DNA of 60,028 bases, filler included, from Streblomastix strix (taxonomy: Eukaryota), in the NCBI GenBank assembly GCA_008636045.1. It is 3 parts of 3 records of this genome, joined end to end, with 100 filler letters (N's around TTAATTAATTAA, not from the genome) between each part and the next. Parts side by side here need not be neighbours in the genome. Positions count along the whole stretch, not along the records: positions 20,061 to 39,994 come from SNRW01000473.1; 2 more parts are not named here. One strand, 5' to 3'. Both the position numbers and the translations under genes were made by a program. Shown piece after piece: positions 24,804-39,200 of this stretch (the first letter of the stretch is position 1; each line of letters starts with the position of its first letter). The notes beneath the pieces are model-generated. The model was not told the DNA's origin. It did not search any database and saw only the letters and a program-made list of their open reading frames with translations.

Positions 24804-27800
24804 ATTTGATTTGAGGAATTTGAGCTCAGAGGTAATCATTAAGATCTTAATGAATTGAACCAGCATATGCGTTATTTCCCCACTCTAATATGATAATCAA
24901 TAAATAATATAATATTTTTTTAGTGCTAATTTTGGCAAAATTTTATTTATTTATTTTAAATTAATAATTTTTAATATGGTTAACTGGATGTTATAGACAT
25001 ACATTGAAGGCCTAATTATTCATTATAATTATATCAAATTTCATTCAAATAAAGCTCTGGATGCTGAGATGCGAATAAAAATATTTCCATTAAGGGCCAG
25101 ATCGTGAAGAAAATTTTATTTTGGCAAATGCTCGACGCCTCGCGCTGTTTGCTAACTCATTAATTTATAATGATTAAATATACTATTCATACATTACTAT
25201 TCGATAGTTATAGAAGAAAATGCCCTTGGGCATGGGGCTTTTGGAAAAACAGGCGTTTTTAGGGACGCAATATCCAAAAAACAAGTCTTAATTAAGTCTA
25301 TTCAATTTTTTAATGAATCTGATTTAGAAGCATCAAAAAAAGAAGCTTCCGTGATGCAAACACTGAAAAGTGAATTTGTTGTAAAATGCTATGGATATTT
25401 TATCAAAGAAAAGACTATAAATATTGTGATGGAATATTGTGAGAAGGGTGATCTTCAGAAATTCATTGACAATTTGGAGAAGGAACATAAAATCATTTCC
25501 GAATAAGTATTAATAATTCATATTAATTAAAATCATTTTATTTTCATTTTATTTTTATTTTATTTTATTAATTAAAGGAATTTTTTGATTTAGCTTCTTA
25601 ACTCGCTTCAGGATTGTCATTCATTCACAGTAAATAGGTTTTAAACTATTTATTAAATTTCTTTTTATATTTTCGAAAATCAATTATTATATACATTTTT
25701 TTTAATTATAAACATATTCATTCATTTTTTTTTCAAAAAGGTGATTCATCGAGATTTGAAACCTTCAAACATCTTCATTTCAGGTTAGATTTTATTAATA
25801 ATTTTTATTGTTATTTAAATTTTACATTCTAATTTTAATAGGAAACAATCGAATAAAAATAGGAGATTTTGGAATTTCGAAGATAATGGATGAATAAGAT
25901 TATACAAACTAAGTTGCAGGGACGAAATTATTTTTATCTCCTGAAATGCTTAAGAAATGGTCGTATGTTCCAATTATTATTAATTAATTAATAAATTTTG
26001 ACAAAAATTCTTCTATTTATAGATACACAGAGAAAGTTGATTAGTGGAGCCTTGGCATTATTTTATATATTCTTGCTGAATTGAAATACCCCTTTGATAC
26101 AACTAGTGAGTTAAATCTTGTCAATTCGATAACTAATGAGTTACCTGCGCCTTTTGTGAATTTGAAAAATAAAACAGCACAAAAATTAATTCTCTTACTT
26201 CTGAGCGAAGTATAATAATATTTTCATTTATTTTATTTTATATTATATTATATTATATTATATTATATTTTTTAAAATTAAAATTAGGATGCATCGAAAA
26301 GACCAACATCAGATGAATTACTTCAAATTCCAGAAATTGCATCGTGTGTTTAAGCGTGGAAGGATAAATTGCTATAATAAAATCAAATTAGTTCTTAATC
26401 ATTAACTGCCTTTATAATCCCAAATGTCTCAGTTCAACGAAGAGAAAATTCAGAATCATTATCATTGATTTCTTCTTAAACATCTGATTCTTCATCTCTA
26501 ATATCAGGCTCTTCATCTTCTTTAATGATTGATTCATCTTCTATTGGTTCAGAAACAATGAATTTTATATAATAATCTTCTCGGTTTGTTATTCAAGATT
26601 CAACTCAAATACCAATTAATAATAATCAAACCCAATCTGAAATTTTACTAACTTTTGATTCATATCTCAACAGAATTTCAATCCTGAAAGAAGAAGTAAT
26701 TGATAATATATATGATTCAGATGAAATTCCTAAATTGAAAGCAATACTTGAAGAACTTACAATAATGCTAAGATGGGCTAGAAACTAATAATTATAATTC
26801 AGATTGATTTTAAGTGAAAAAATCTGCGAAGTTACAAATATGATATTAACAGATTATAAACTTCCTGATGATGCATGGAACATTGAATACATAAAAGAAC
26901 TTCAAATGCTTATTGGATAATCACTAACTCTAGAATAAGTCAAACCTATTCATGCAAATACTCTGTAATTATTTGCATAGCACTGTCCATTATCACTTAG
27001 AAGATAAATCTTAGATCATGACTTCTCACAATCTGTTATAAATAATCTTAAAAGCAATTCAATTGAAGTTGCAGAATTCACATCCGTGGCTATAAAAGAA
27101 ATACTGTGCTAATAATATTAAATGAATTACTCCGATGTGACTCTACTTTTATACACAATGAATGAAGCTTCAGTTATACAAAAATTGTTTTAAGATGGAT
27201 TTGTTAATGGAAGAACGAAAATTACAAAAACATCAATTGCTTTAATTATTTGTTGGTTGCACTTTGGAACAAATCTTCCAGATAATATGAGTTGTATTAT
27301 CTCATATGTTAAAGAAATTGTGAAAAATAATGATGAAACTTATTTATTAGATTCTTTGATTGTACTCAGATATCTTTCAACAAATTAATGTTTGAATCTA
27401 AATTTTATTGAAATTAATTTTTATGAAATCATTTATTATTAATAGAAAATCATAAAAGAACCATTGAAAATGAATTTCTCAAAGATCTTGTACAATATCT
27501 AAGGTTTATTTATAATATTTTTATTAATACATTATTCATTTTCTTATAAATTGTTTTATTCATTAAAATAAAGGTCCGATGATTAAAAATTGAGAGAGAA
27601 ATCTGTGTTGTTGATTAATATTTTATCTGTTTATGGAGATACATAAACGCACATTGCAATCCAAGAATCAATTCCTCTTGCCGATTTGTTACGAATTGCA
27701 TAAAGCGATAATGAAGTTGAATCAAAGAATGCTTCAGAATTGTGCTCATGGATAAAATATCGAGAACAAATGGAAAAATTCAATGGTATAATTTGTACTA

Positions 27801-30800
27801 CAATTAATAAAGCAAATGATGGTAATATAGAAATCATAAAATAAGAAGTTCTGAAGGATATCTGCACTACTTTGCAAAGTGGGAAAGATGGAAATACAGA
27901 AACAGAATATGCAGTAAACAAAGCATTAGAAGTTGCATATAACATTCTTAACTGGAGTAATTAAAATATTCAACTTTCACAACATGAAAAAGAGTTCATT
28001 GATGTATTTATTAGTTTTCTAAACACTATTCCTATCAACAAAGTTAATATTTATCATCTTTTTATACTCTCCAGTATTAATGAAACAAATAATGAACTGA
28101 ATTGTTATTTATCAGAAAAAGGAGTAGTATTAATAATGAATAGAATTATATAGGGTTAAAATGAATAATTAATTGATAATTGCTTATGCGTAATTAAGAA
28201 CATAGTATAATATCATTGCTATAAAGCATAAATTGATAAACCATTATCATGCTTTAAATAACTCATTGAAAATGGAACTGTTAATACCCTAATGCGAATA
28301 ATTAAGAATGATAATACCATTGGAAATTCAATTAGTAAAAGAGCTGCAATCATTTTATGCCTTATTTTCAAAGCTTCTCCTCTTCCATAAGATATTAGAA
28401 CCGATGTGATCAATATCTTTAAACAAATTCTTTCTGATCAATAAGATTCATTTTACTCTGATTACATTTTTTCTATTGGTTGCCTTTCTGAGTGTCAAGG
28501 TTTATAAATTAAGTTGATAATCATCATAATAATTTTTAATTGTTTATTTGTTATTAATAATAATTAGAAAATCATCCTTTTCTTTTATCTTCCAATATAA
28601 TTGATAATATCATTAATCATCTCAGGTATATTTCTTTATATTAATGCAAATTACAAAATTAGTTTTATAATAATTTTATTAGACAATTACAATTTGAAAC
28701 GATCAGCAATATAATAAGCTATTCATTTATTCTTTGTTCCATCTGCTAACTTGGAAATGATGAAACAAGAAATGCAGTAAAAAGCATCATTCCTGTTGAA
28801 GTTATTAGAGATCTTACAAATTATAATAATAGTTTAATTAGATTAAATATGAAAGAATTATTATCATGGATTGTAAAATATGATGAAATGAAGAGAATGG
28901 CAGCATTGTAACAAGATCTGAAAGAGAAGAGTTCAGAAGAAAGAGCTGATATTGCAGAAAAAGGAGTATTGAATGAAGTTTGTGAGATCTTGAAGAGAAT
29001 TCGAGATGGCGAAGATGGAATTTCTGGTGTTATTGATCCTGCTTGCTTTGTTATTACTCTGATATTTGAAGGAAACCCTCATCTTATTCCAGAGGCTTTG
29101 AAGGATAATGGGATTGTTGACCTTCTCATTTCTCATATTGATTCATCAGTAAATGAATGTATTGACAATTAAATTGAGTCATTATATATAATTGTGAAAG
29201 AAAGTTTATATGATGAACTTCACTAATTGTTCAGGAAAGGTGTTGTAAAAGCGATGAGTAAACAATTGGATAATGATGATCCAAAAACAATATTGAAATT
29301 GTCTGAAATAATTTTACTAATCATTCAATCTGAAAGTAATGATATAAAAGATGGCTAACAGAATGATTTTAAAGTTGAAATGGAAAGAGATGGTACACTT
29401 CAGAAACTTATTGAAACATTTTAGAGACCAGAAGCACCAAGAGATTTCAAAGACAATATCGCACTTTCTATTGCTTTTCTCTTCAAATCATAACCTTTAC
29501 CCTCAGAATGCATTTCTGCAATTATTGACTATCTTAAAGGTCTCATTCAAAGAACTGAAAAAATCACGAGTTGTAGAGCATTGACTTCATTGGCTGGTTT
29601 GGCTGAATGCGAATGTTTGTTTTTTGACATTATTAAATTAAATAATTAATTCATTAAATTTAATTTATTTTTAATTGTAGTAAATCACACCCAACTACTT
29701 GACAAAGAGTTCGCTAAGGAGATTATATAACATTTCAAAGTTTAAAAACCCAAATTGACGTGTTTAAAAGCCCTTCAACTCACGATTTCTATAGTCAAAC
29801 ATGGATAGTCTGATACAAAAGTAGCATTTCGAACAATCTTGTCAATCACTCTTCTAAGATAGCTCTCGTTCAACCAGAACAAGGAAATCTCTCTAGCAGC
29901 TAAGGAATTACATAAATTAATTTCAAAATGAATTTGATTTGAGGAATTTGAGCTCAGAGGTAATCATTAAGATCTTAATGAATTGAACCAGCATATGCGT
30001 TATTTCCCCACTCTAATATGATAATCAATAAATAATATAATATTTTTTTAGTGCTAATTTTGGCAAAATTTTATTTATTTATTTTAAATTAATAATTTTT
30101 AATATGGTTAACTGGATGTTATAGACATACATTGAAGGCCTAATTATTCATTATAATTATATCAAATTTCATTCAAATAAAGCTCTGGATGCTGAGATGC
30201 GAATAAAAATATTTCCATTAAGGGCCAGATCGTGAAGAAAATTTTATTTTGGCAAATGCTCGACGCCTCGCGCTGTTTGCTAACTCATTAATTTATAATG
30301 ATTAAATATACTATTCATACATTACTATTCGATAGTTATAGAAGAAAATGCCCTTGGGCATGGGGCTTTTGGAAAAACAGGCGTTTTTAGGGACGCAATA
30401 TCCAAAAAACAAGTCTTAATTAAGTCTATTCAATTTTTTAATGAATCTGATTTAGAAGCATCAAAAAAAGAAGCTTCCGTGATGCAAACACTGAAAAGTG
30501 AATTTGTTGTAAAATGCTATGGATATTTTATCAAAGAAAAGACTATAAATATTGTGATGGAATATTGTGAGAAGGGTGATCTTCAGAAATTCATTGACAA
30601 TTTGGAGAAGGAACATAAAATCATTTCCGAATAAGTATTAATAATTCATATTAATTAAAATCATTTTATTTTCATTTTATTTTTATTTTATTTTATTAAT
30701 TAAAGGAATTTTTTGATTTAGCTTCTTAACTCGCTTCAGGATTGTCATTCATTCACAGTAAATAGGTTTTAAACTATTTATTAAATTTCTTTTTATATTT

Positions 30801-31030
30801 TCGAAAATCAATTATTATATACATTTTTTTTAATTATAAACATATTCATTCATTTTTTTTTCAAAAAGGTGATTCATCGAGATTTGAAACCTTCAAACAT
30901 CTTCATTTCAGGTTAGATTTTATTAATAATTTTTATTGTTATTTAAATTTTACATTCTAATTTTAATAGGAAACAATCGAATAAAAATAGGAGATTTTGG
31001 AATTTCGAAGATAATGGATGAATAAGATTA
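22250..31030 (+). repeat. Apparently identical ~3.65-kb direct repeat (about 22250-25900 and 27380-31030), period 5128 bp
   Basis: Identical ORF-track translations offset by 5128 (22503/27631, 23841/28969, 24223/29351). The intergenic region and next 5' exons also match by eye. Confidence 0.9.
25128..29931 (+). CDS. NEK kinase-ARM-like protein, copy 2
   Basis: ATG 25128 (MLDASRF, intron 25147-25207, IEENALGHGAFG...). Same exon structure as copy 1; TGA at 29929-29931, 5128 bp after the copy 1 stop. Confidence 0.9.
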
Positions 31031-34000
31031 TGCAAACACCGTTGCAGGTACGAAATTATTTTTATCTCCTGAAATGCTTAAGAAATGGTCGTATGTTCCA
31101 ATTATTATTAATTAATTAATAAATTTTGACAAAAATTCTTCTATTTTCAGATACACAGAGAAAGTTGATTAGTGGAGCCTTGGCATTATTTTATATATTC
31201 TTGCTGAACTGAAATATCCGTTTGATACAAAAAGCGAAATAAATCTCGTCAATTCGATAACTAATGACTTACCTGCGCCTTTTGTGAATTTAAAAAATGA
31301 AACAGCACAAAAATTAATTCTCTTACTTCTGAGCAAAGTATAATAATATTTTCATTTATATTATATTATATTATATTTTATTATATTTTTTTAAAATTAA
31401 AATTAGGATGCATCGAAAAGACCAACATCAGATGAATTACTTTAAATTCCAGAAATTGCATCGTGTGCTTAAACGTGGAAAGAAAAATAGCCATAATAAA
31501 ATCAAATTAGTTCTTAATCATTAACTTTACTTTTAAGCCCAAATGTCTCAGTTCAACGAAGAGAAAATTCAGAATCATTATCATTGATTTCTTCTTAAAC
31601 ATCTGATTCTTCATCTCTAATATCAGGCTCTTCATCTTCTTTAATGATTTATTCATCTTCTATTGGTTCAGAAACAATGAATTTTATATAATAATCTTCT
31701 CAATTGATTATTCAAGATTCAACTGAAATACCAATTAATAATAATCAAACCCAATCTGAAAATTTACTAACTTTTGATTCATATCTCAACAGAATTGAAA
31801 TTCTGAAAGAAGAATTATCTGATAATATATTTGTTCCGGGCGAAATAAGTAAAATATAGAAAATTTTTGAAGAATTTACAATAATGCTAAAATGGGCATA
31901 TACCTAACCAGCTAATACAATAACAGATCTATACGATAATATTTGTGAAGTTACAAATATGATATTAACAGATTATACTTTACCTGATGATGCATGGAAC
32001 ATTGAATACATAAAGGAACTTCAAATACTTATTGGATAATTATTAACTTTGGAATAAGTCAAACCTATTCATGCAAATACGCTTAAGAATATAGTTTAGC
32101 ACTATCCATTATCACAAAGTAGAAAAATCTTAGCTCTTGGCTTCCCGCAATCAATTGTTAGGAATATTTAAAGTAGTTCAATAGAAGTTGCTGAAATCAC
32201 TTCGGAGACAATCAAAGAAATTATTAACAAAGAATTTCATAAAGACTAAATAGCAGGATATACACCACTCACTTATCTTGCAAATACTGCACAAATTATT
32301 CAATGTTTATTTGAAGATGGATTTTTAAATGGAAAAACGCCATCAATAAAAACAAATTCAGCTTAATCACTTGGTTGGCTACACTTTGACGATGCATTAC
32401 CAGACACTATGAATTCAGTGATCACACATTTGAAATTGATTATTATATCTGGGGAGGCTGAGCAATTGAAAGACACATTTTCTTCTCTTAGATCGCTAGT
32501 GATTTGCTAAGGTATATTATTATAATTATTATTTTAATAATGATACATGAAAATTAATGATAAAAATGCTACTTCTTCTTATTATTATTTAAAAATATTG
32601 TTGGAAATTAAATAAAGAAAATCACTTAATAATCCTTGAAAACGATTTTCTGAAGGATATTGCCGGATATCTAAGGTTGAACCGTAATTAGTTTTATTTT
32701 GTTTAAAATATTTTTTTCTATTATTAATTTGTATTATTTCATAATTAAAATCAGGTCCATTATTTCGGATATAAGAGATATGGCAGTTAAATTCCTAATA
32801 ACTCTTGCAAACATTGGTAATACAGAAACTCATATTGTAATTTAAAATTATATTCCACTTGCAGATTTACTACCAATTGCATAAACGGAGAATGAATTTG
32901 AAGTAGGAAAAGCAACACAGTTATGCTCATGGGTGAGTTGCAGAGAAGATCTGGAGAAATTCAATGAAATAATATTAGAAGCAGCCAACAAAACATTTGA
33001 ATAGAAAACAGCGATAATTAAAAGAGGTGTTTTAAAAAATGTTTCTGCAATGCTTTAACATGGAAAGGATGGAAGCATTTAAAATGAATATGCTGTTATA
33101 AAAGCCTGTGAAGCTGCATAATCACTGCTCAGTTGGAATTTAGCAACAGTTTCAATTACTAAAGAAGAGAAACAATTCATTGATTCTCTAATTTCATTCC
33201 TCAATTCAGTCCCTCTAAAACAAATTGATATTTAGCATTTAAACCCACTTGCATTGAACACTGGAGCAAATAAGGAACTTAATAGATATTTAACTTTGAA
33301 AGGAATTCTTGGAGTAATGAATAAAATCTTGGAATGCTAAGATGAGTAAATAATTGAGAAAATACTAAATATTATTTAAAGTGTGATTATATACCATGAA
33401 AATATATCAAAATTTGAATAACCAATATCATGTCTTCAACAGCTTTAAGATAATGGGATGATTTAAAGATTATATCGCATTTTGAAAAACAGCAATTTTA
33501 AAAATAAGAACATTAACTAGATTTCAGTTCAAATTTTAATATTCATTTTCAAAGCAGCACCACTTCCAATATACATGTAGGTTAAAGTTGTCAGTAATCT
33601 GAAATAGGTACTTTCTAATCCTTACTTCCCCAATTTTGGAATGAGTATATACTCTATAACTGGTCTTTCATAGTGCTAAGGTTTAACAATTTAAATTATT
33701 TATATTATTATTTATATATATATTTTATATCAATCAGAAAACCATTTTTTCCTTCTGTCTTCTAGCATTATACATAGTATTATTAACCTTCTCACGTATG
33801 AATACATATATTATATAAGAATGTTTAAATAATATTTATTATTTTATTTAACAGTGAAAATCATAGTTTAACAAATGTAATATATGGAAATTGCACATTT
33901 ATTCTTTGCTAACTTTTCTAGTTAGGTACAGAAGAAACAAGAAATGCAGTTAAAAATCTAATTCCAATTGATGCATTTAAAGAACTCATAAAACATAAAG

Positions 34001-35110
34001 ACAGTACAGTTAAACTGAATTCTTCTGAAATTATATCCTGGCTCGTAAAACCCGATGAAATGTAGTATATTGCTACATTGATTTTAAATTTGAAATCTAA
34101 AAATGCCGAGTAGAGATCCAAATATTCTGAAAAAGGAGTATTGAATGAAGTTTGTGAGATCTTGAAGAGGATTCGAAATGGTGAAGATGGATTGCAAGGT
34201 GTTATCGAACCCCTATGTTATACTATTACTCTGATATTTGAAGGAAACCCTCATCTTATTCCTGAAGCTTTGAAGGATAATGGGATTGTGGATAACCTTG
34301 TGGCTCATATTGAATCATAATCACCTTTTGATTTTATAAGTAATCATATTGAACCATTACGCATGATGGTTAACGGATGCACAAATGAATAATTACGAAA
34401 TTTATTCAAGAAAGGTGTAGTGAAACTTATTTTGAAGCATTTAGAAAGCGTTGATATATAAGTTTCGCATAAAATTTCTGAAATAATTTTACTTATAATA
34501 GAAGTTGGCAGTATATATGCTAATGATAGCCATCCAAATGAATTCAGAACATAAATTGAATTAGATCAAATATTTCAAAAACTAAATGATTTCATCATAA
34601 ATAGTAAAGTTACAAATGGAACAAAAGATGATATAGCGCTTACAATCTCGTTTCTGTGCAAATCATAACCTTTACCGTCATGCACTTGTGCTTCTATCAT
34701 ACATCTACTGAAAGAAATGTCAAAAAGACCTGAAAAAAACATATGTAGAAAAGCTCTCTCTGCACTTATTGGTCTTGCAGAGAGTGAAGGTTTACAACTT
34801 GACATAATTTGAATAAAATATTTAATTATTTTTTCACATATTTTTTATTCAAATCATAGATAATCACTCTTTAATTCTTGCTGATAAATTTCTAGAGGAG
34901 ATATAGCAGCACTTCAGAAACATTTCGGGGAAAAAAGCATGTTTAAAAGCGCTCAATCTAACTCTCACTCTGTTTAAACATGGTTCAACTGAGACATAAG
35001 GTATCATCAAAGATTATATTTCGGAGACACTGGTAAGGTAATTGTAATTCAGTAGGAATGAAGATATTTCTAAAGTTGCAAATGATCTCTTTGCTTCGAT
35101 TAAGAATTGA
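30256..35110 (+). CDS. NEK kinase-ARM-like protein, copy 3 (divergent C-terminal two-thirds)
   Basis: ATG 30256. The 5' part looks identical to copy 2; it diverges from about 31800 but keeps intron positions. Ends ...NDLFASIKN then TGA at 35108-35110. Confidence 0.88.
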
Positions 35111-35479
35111 AATTTTTTCAGGACAAAAATGATAAATCAATATAGTAAATGGAGTATAGAATAACATAATATGCTTTATTTTAACGATAAACTAGTATAA
35201 TTTTCCATACCACTTTATTTAATTATAAAAATACAAAAAATACTTTGTTTGGGTATAATAACAAATTTGCTGTCATCAGGAGAAAAATACTTATGTCTTT
35301 ATCCTAGTTTAATTCTCTATTTCTCCAATTTCTATAATTATTTTTTCCCATTTAGTTTTTCCTAAACGTATTTACTTAATTATTTATCTTTTTTTCCCAA
35401 TTTAAACATGTTTATCTATGCATACATATATATGGAGCTACATTTTATTAGAGATTTGCCAACCTGTGGAATGGATGTT

Positions 35480-35627
35480 CCAATAAAACGTGTGTAAATT
35501 GATCAAATGTAGCTGAATTTACTGGTTCTGACTTATTACCAGATGATATCTCTATGGAACTAAGTGCACCAATGAAACGTGTGTAAATTGATCAAATGTA
35601 GCTGAATTTACTGGTTCTGACTTATTA
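35480..35627. repeat. 59-bp direct repeat, 2 copies, period 89
   Basis: ccaat(a/g)aaacgtgtgtaaattgatcaaatgtagctgaatttactggttctgacttatta at 35480-35538 and 35569-35627. Confidence 0.9.
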
Positions 35628-35858
35628 GATCATCATTAAATATCATTTAAAATTTCTTCGATGCATAATCATTATATTATTAAAAAGGATATAATTCAAA
35701 AAAATTTTTTTCTCTCACATAAATATTGAATGATTGCAAATACAATTAATATTAGTTTTTTTATTGACAAAATATAATCTTATCAATTTTTTCAATAAAA
35801 AAATCAATTCTATAACAATATTCTAGTCTGTCTCAATCCCATGAAAATTTTGAGAAAA

Positions 35859-35927
35859 TTTTCCTACTTTAAATTCATTATCCGTTTATGCAATTTGTAG
35901 TAAATCTGCAAGTTGAATATAATTTTA
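35859..35927 (-). pseudogene. Inverted fragment of the NEK-ARM gene family
   Basis: The reverse complement matches 32843-32911 (copy 3, QNYIPLADLLPIAQTENEFEVGK) with 4 mismatches in 69 nt. Confidence 0.85.
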
Positions 35928-36278
35928 TTTATATCCTATTTGATCTATTTTAAACATAAAATTGATGTTGTAAACTAATTTTTAACTAGAAAATGAATAA
36001 ATAAAGAAAATTCGAATAATTTTCTGTTTGTTTTGGTTATAATCCATATTTATTTCAGATTATTTTATTTTTATTTCACATTATTAAAGCAATTTTTGCA
36101 AAATATTCAAAATTGTTATATTATTAACTAGAATAAAACGCAAAAATCTTTCGATGCATATATATGCACACACATCAATTTTATTAAAATATATATTGTA
36201 TTTTTGTCTATATATATGCAAAATAATTATTATTTAATTTCTAATTATATTTTTATTCCTATTGAACATTTAGAACAG

Positions 36279-39200
36279 ATGGATATAAAAGATATTACTT
36301 TAGAAAATGATTGTTAAATGCTTATACAAACTGAAATTTCGGAGTTTAACCCAATTCTTGTGGAGAAAAACAAGAATACATCTCCATAATAATCATATAT
36401 TGAATAATATATTGATGATCAGCCTTTATTTAATGAAAATTATTAATAAAAATCACCAATTAGAGAAAATTTAATTGAAAGCAATGAAAATAATTAGAAA
36501 GAATTTGAAAAAATGAATTTAAATGAAAATAACAAAGATGATGAGGAAGAATTATAGATGAATAACAAGATAAATTCTGTATTTCATTCATAGATTGATA
36601 ATTACGAGAAAAAATAAGATACATTAATTGAATTAAAGGAATTGAAAATGAAAGAAAAAGATGAAGATGAAAGTTCAGAAGAATCTCAGAGCACAATCAT
36701 ATACAACTCTTAAGATCTAATTTTGAAATATGGAGGTGATTTAGAAAATTAATAATCAATTAATCAAAAAATAGATGAGAAAGGAAAAGAAGTTGAATAT
36801 AAAAATTCTATAGAAGATACAATTGAAAATCAAAGGATTAAAAATTAAAATGAATTAAGAGATAAAATCAGGTAAAAATTGTTAATATAAGATAATTATA
36901 ATCATAATTAATAAGTGAATAAAGAAAATAATTTTGATGTATCTTGTTGGGAAGAATTTAGGAAAATTATAATAGAAGATGAATTTTAGAATGAAAATTC
37001 AAATGAAAAAGGAAACTATAAACAAAACAAGGAAATTCAAAAAAATAAGAATGACTTTAAAAGTAAAAATAATTAAAAGAAGGAAAATGAAATTTAGAAA
37101 AAGAATAAAAAATTGGAAAATAAAAATTAAGGGAAAGAAAAACAAATGAAAAATGAGAATAAAAACAATAATAATAGTGATAAGATAAATAGAATTGGAG
37201 TGAGACTAAAAAAGTGAATAAGAAATTAGAAGAGAAAAAATAAGATAAAGAGAATAATATTGATAATAAGAAGAAACATTAGAAGAATAAGAATTGAAAC
37301 AACTAAGAAATAAATATGAAGAATAATGAAACAACGAGTATATAATTGACTGGGAATGATATTCAATGTTACAATTAAGAAAATTGAGTTATATTTTTTA
37401 TTAATTGTGTTTAACGCTTGGAACATTAAGATTTGAATATATTTTTATTTTAATTTTATTTTCCATTCATTTCATCACAAAATGATTATTGTGTGTTGAA
37501 GAACATGTGTTAAAGATCTTTCCAGTCATTTTCATTCCTTTATTTTCATTTTAATTTCCAAAATCAAAATCATTTATCTCATTTAATAATAATTACTTTC
37601 TCATTTCATACTTAATAAGTAAAAATAAAAATATAACAGTTCAGATTAAATTTTTTCTTAATTTTTAATAATTAGTTTTAATTCTACTTATTAATTTCTT
37701 CGCAACATTTATTCTTTACAAAATTTCAATGATCATGAAATAAAACAAGCTCTATATTATAAGATATTATTCATTTATATTTATTTAGTTGTTTATTCAC
37801 TCTTTGTAACTCTTAAACATACATCCTAAGAAAGGAACATGGATGAATATGAATGAAATGATTTAATAGACAAATTTAACTAACATTGAGTATGAATCAT
37901 AAAATAATTATTAATCTGTGTTTTCAATATGTACAAAGCTAAGGTATTTCAGATTTTTCTCATCAATATCAATTTTATTTTTTCACTCATTATTCCATTT
38001 CACAAAATAAGAATTTTCATGTTTGGCTGATGGTGTTGTGAGATGCTCAAAATAGTGGGTTTTGAAAGAAGAACTTTGAAGCAGTAAGTATGACTATATA
38101 ATAAATATATAAATGATATAAAAAATTAAAATTGGTTTAAATATAACAGAATGGTGATTATTTTTATACCCAAATTCTCACAAAGCTGGAATGTTAATTA
38201 TATACGTAGACTGCTCGACATCTTATATAACGAATGTAAGAGTTCTAGGATTCGAATCCATATTCAACTGCAATTAATAAATAAAATTATATATAATAAT
38301 TATTTAATAATTTTTATTCATTATTGAATTTCATCTATATTTATTAGTAAATAATAAAAAAAATTTCATACTTGCATAAAAATTGAATAATCTTCTCTTA
38401 TCCTGATAAACAATTAACAACGAATAGAAAGAGTATAATGAATATTTCATTAATTATTCAATAACATCAAATATATATCATATATAAGATACTTTATGCA
38501 CCAGGGCCTTCATTTCGATTATAGTTCACTGACTCATCTGCAATTCTTACAGCTGTTTAATAAATTATATAATTAATAAATTGAAAAAAATGAAAGAAAG
38601 AAACAAATTACAATAGAAGAATATATTAATAAAAAAATAAATAAATTAATAATTAAAAATATAAATATTTATTATTTTAGTATTCAATAAATAAAAAAAA
38701 ACCAAGTAAGTAATCAATATTGATTACCATCTTCTGAAGTAATTGCAAACACCTAATCATCATCTTCTGAAGTAATTGCAAACAATTAATCATCATCGTT
38801 TGAAGTAATTCCAATCACCTAATAATCATCAAACTCCAAATTACAATTTCCATTTTTATCTTCTGAGTTATATTATTATCCTTTCCATGACACTCCTGAA
38901 AATTCAAAAGTTCGTTTCACAACCATACATACATACATTTCTGATTCTGTGTCCTTATCTTATACAGTTTCTGATATTCAACTCCAAGCAGAAAAAGATC
39001 TGATTAAAATGAACATGAGTATGGATGAGATTCTTAGTAGATTCAAAAATTTTGATAATTTGACTCCATTGCAACGAGATGTAATTTTTGCCAATCTCAA
39101 CCAGAAATTTTAGGATGATCCTCATAATTGCATAGATGCTACTACTGGCGGAACTATCGATCAAGTGTTATTCGTTTTAAGGACTTATCCATTAAAGTCC

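Noticed and set aside
25171..25173. Apparent in-frame TGA upstream of the kinase G-loop (also in copy 3)
   Set aside because: It lies inside intron 1 (25147-25207); the spliced start is MLDASRFIEE.
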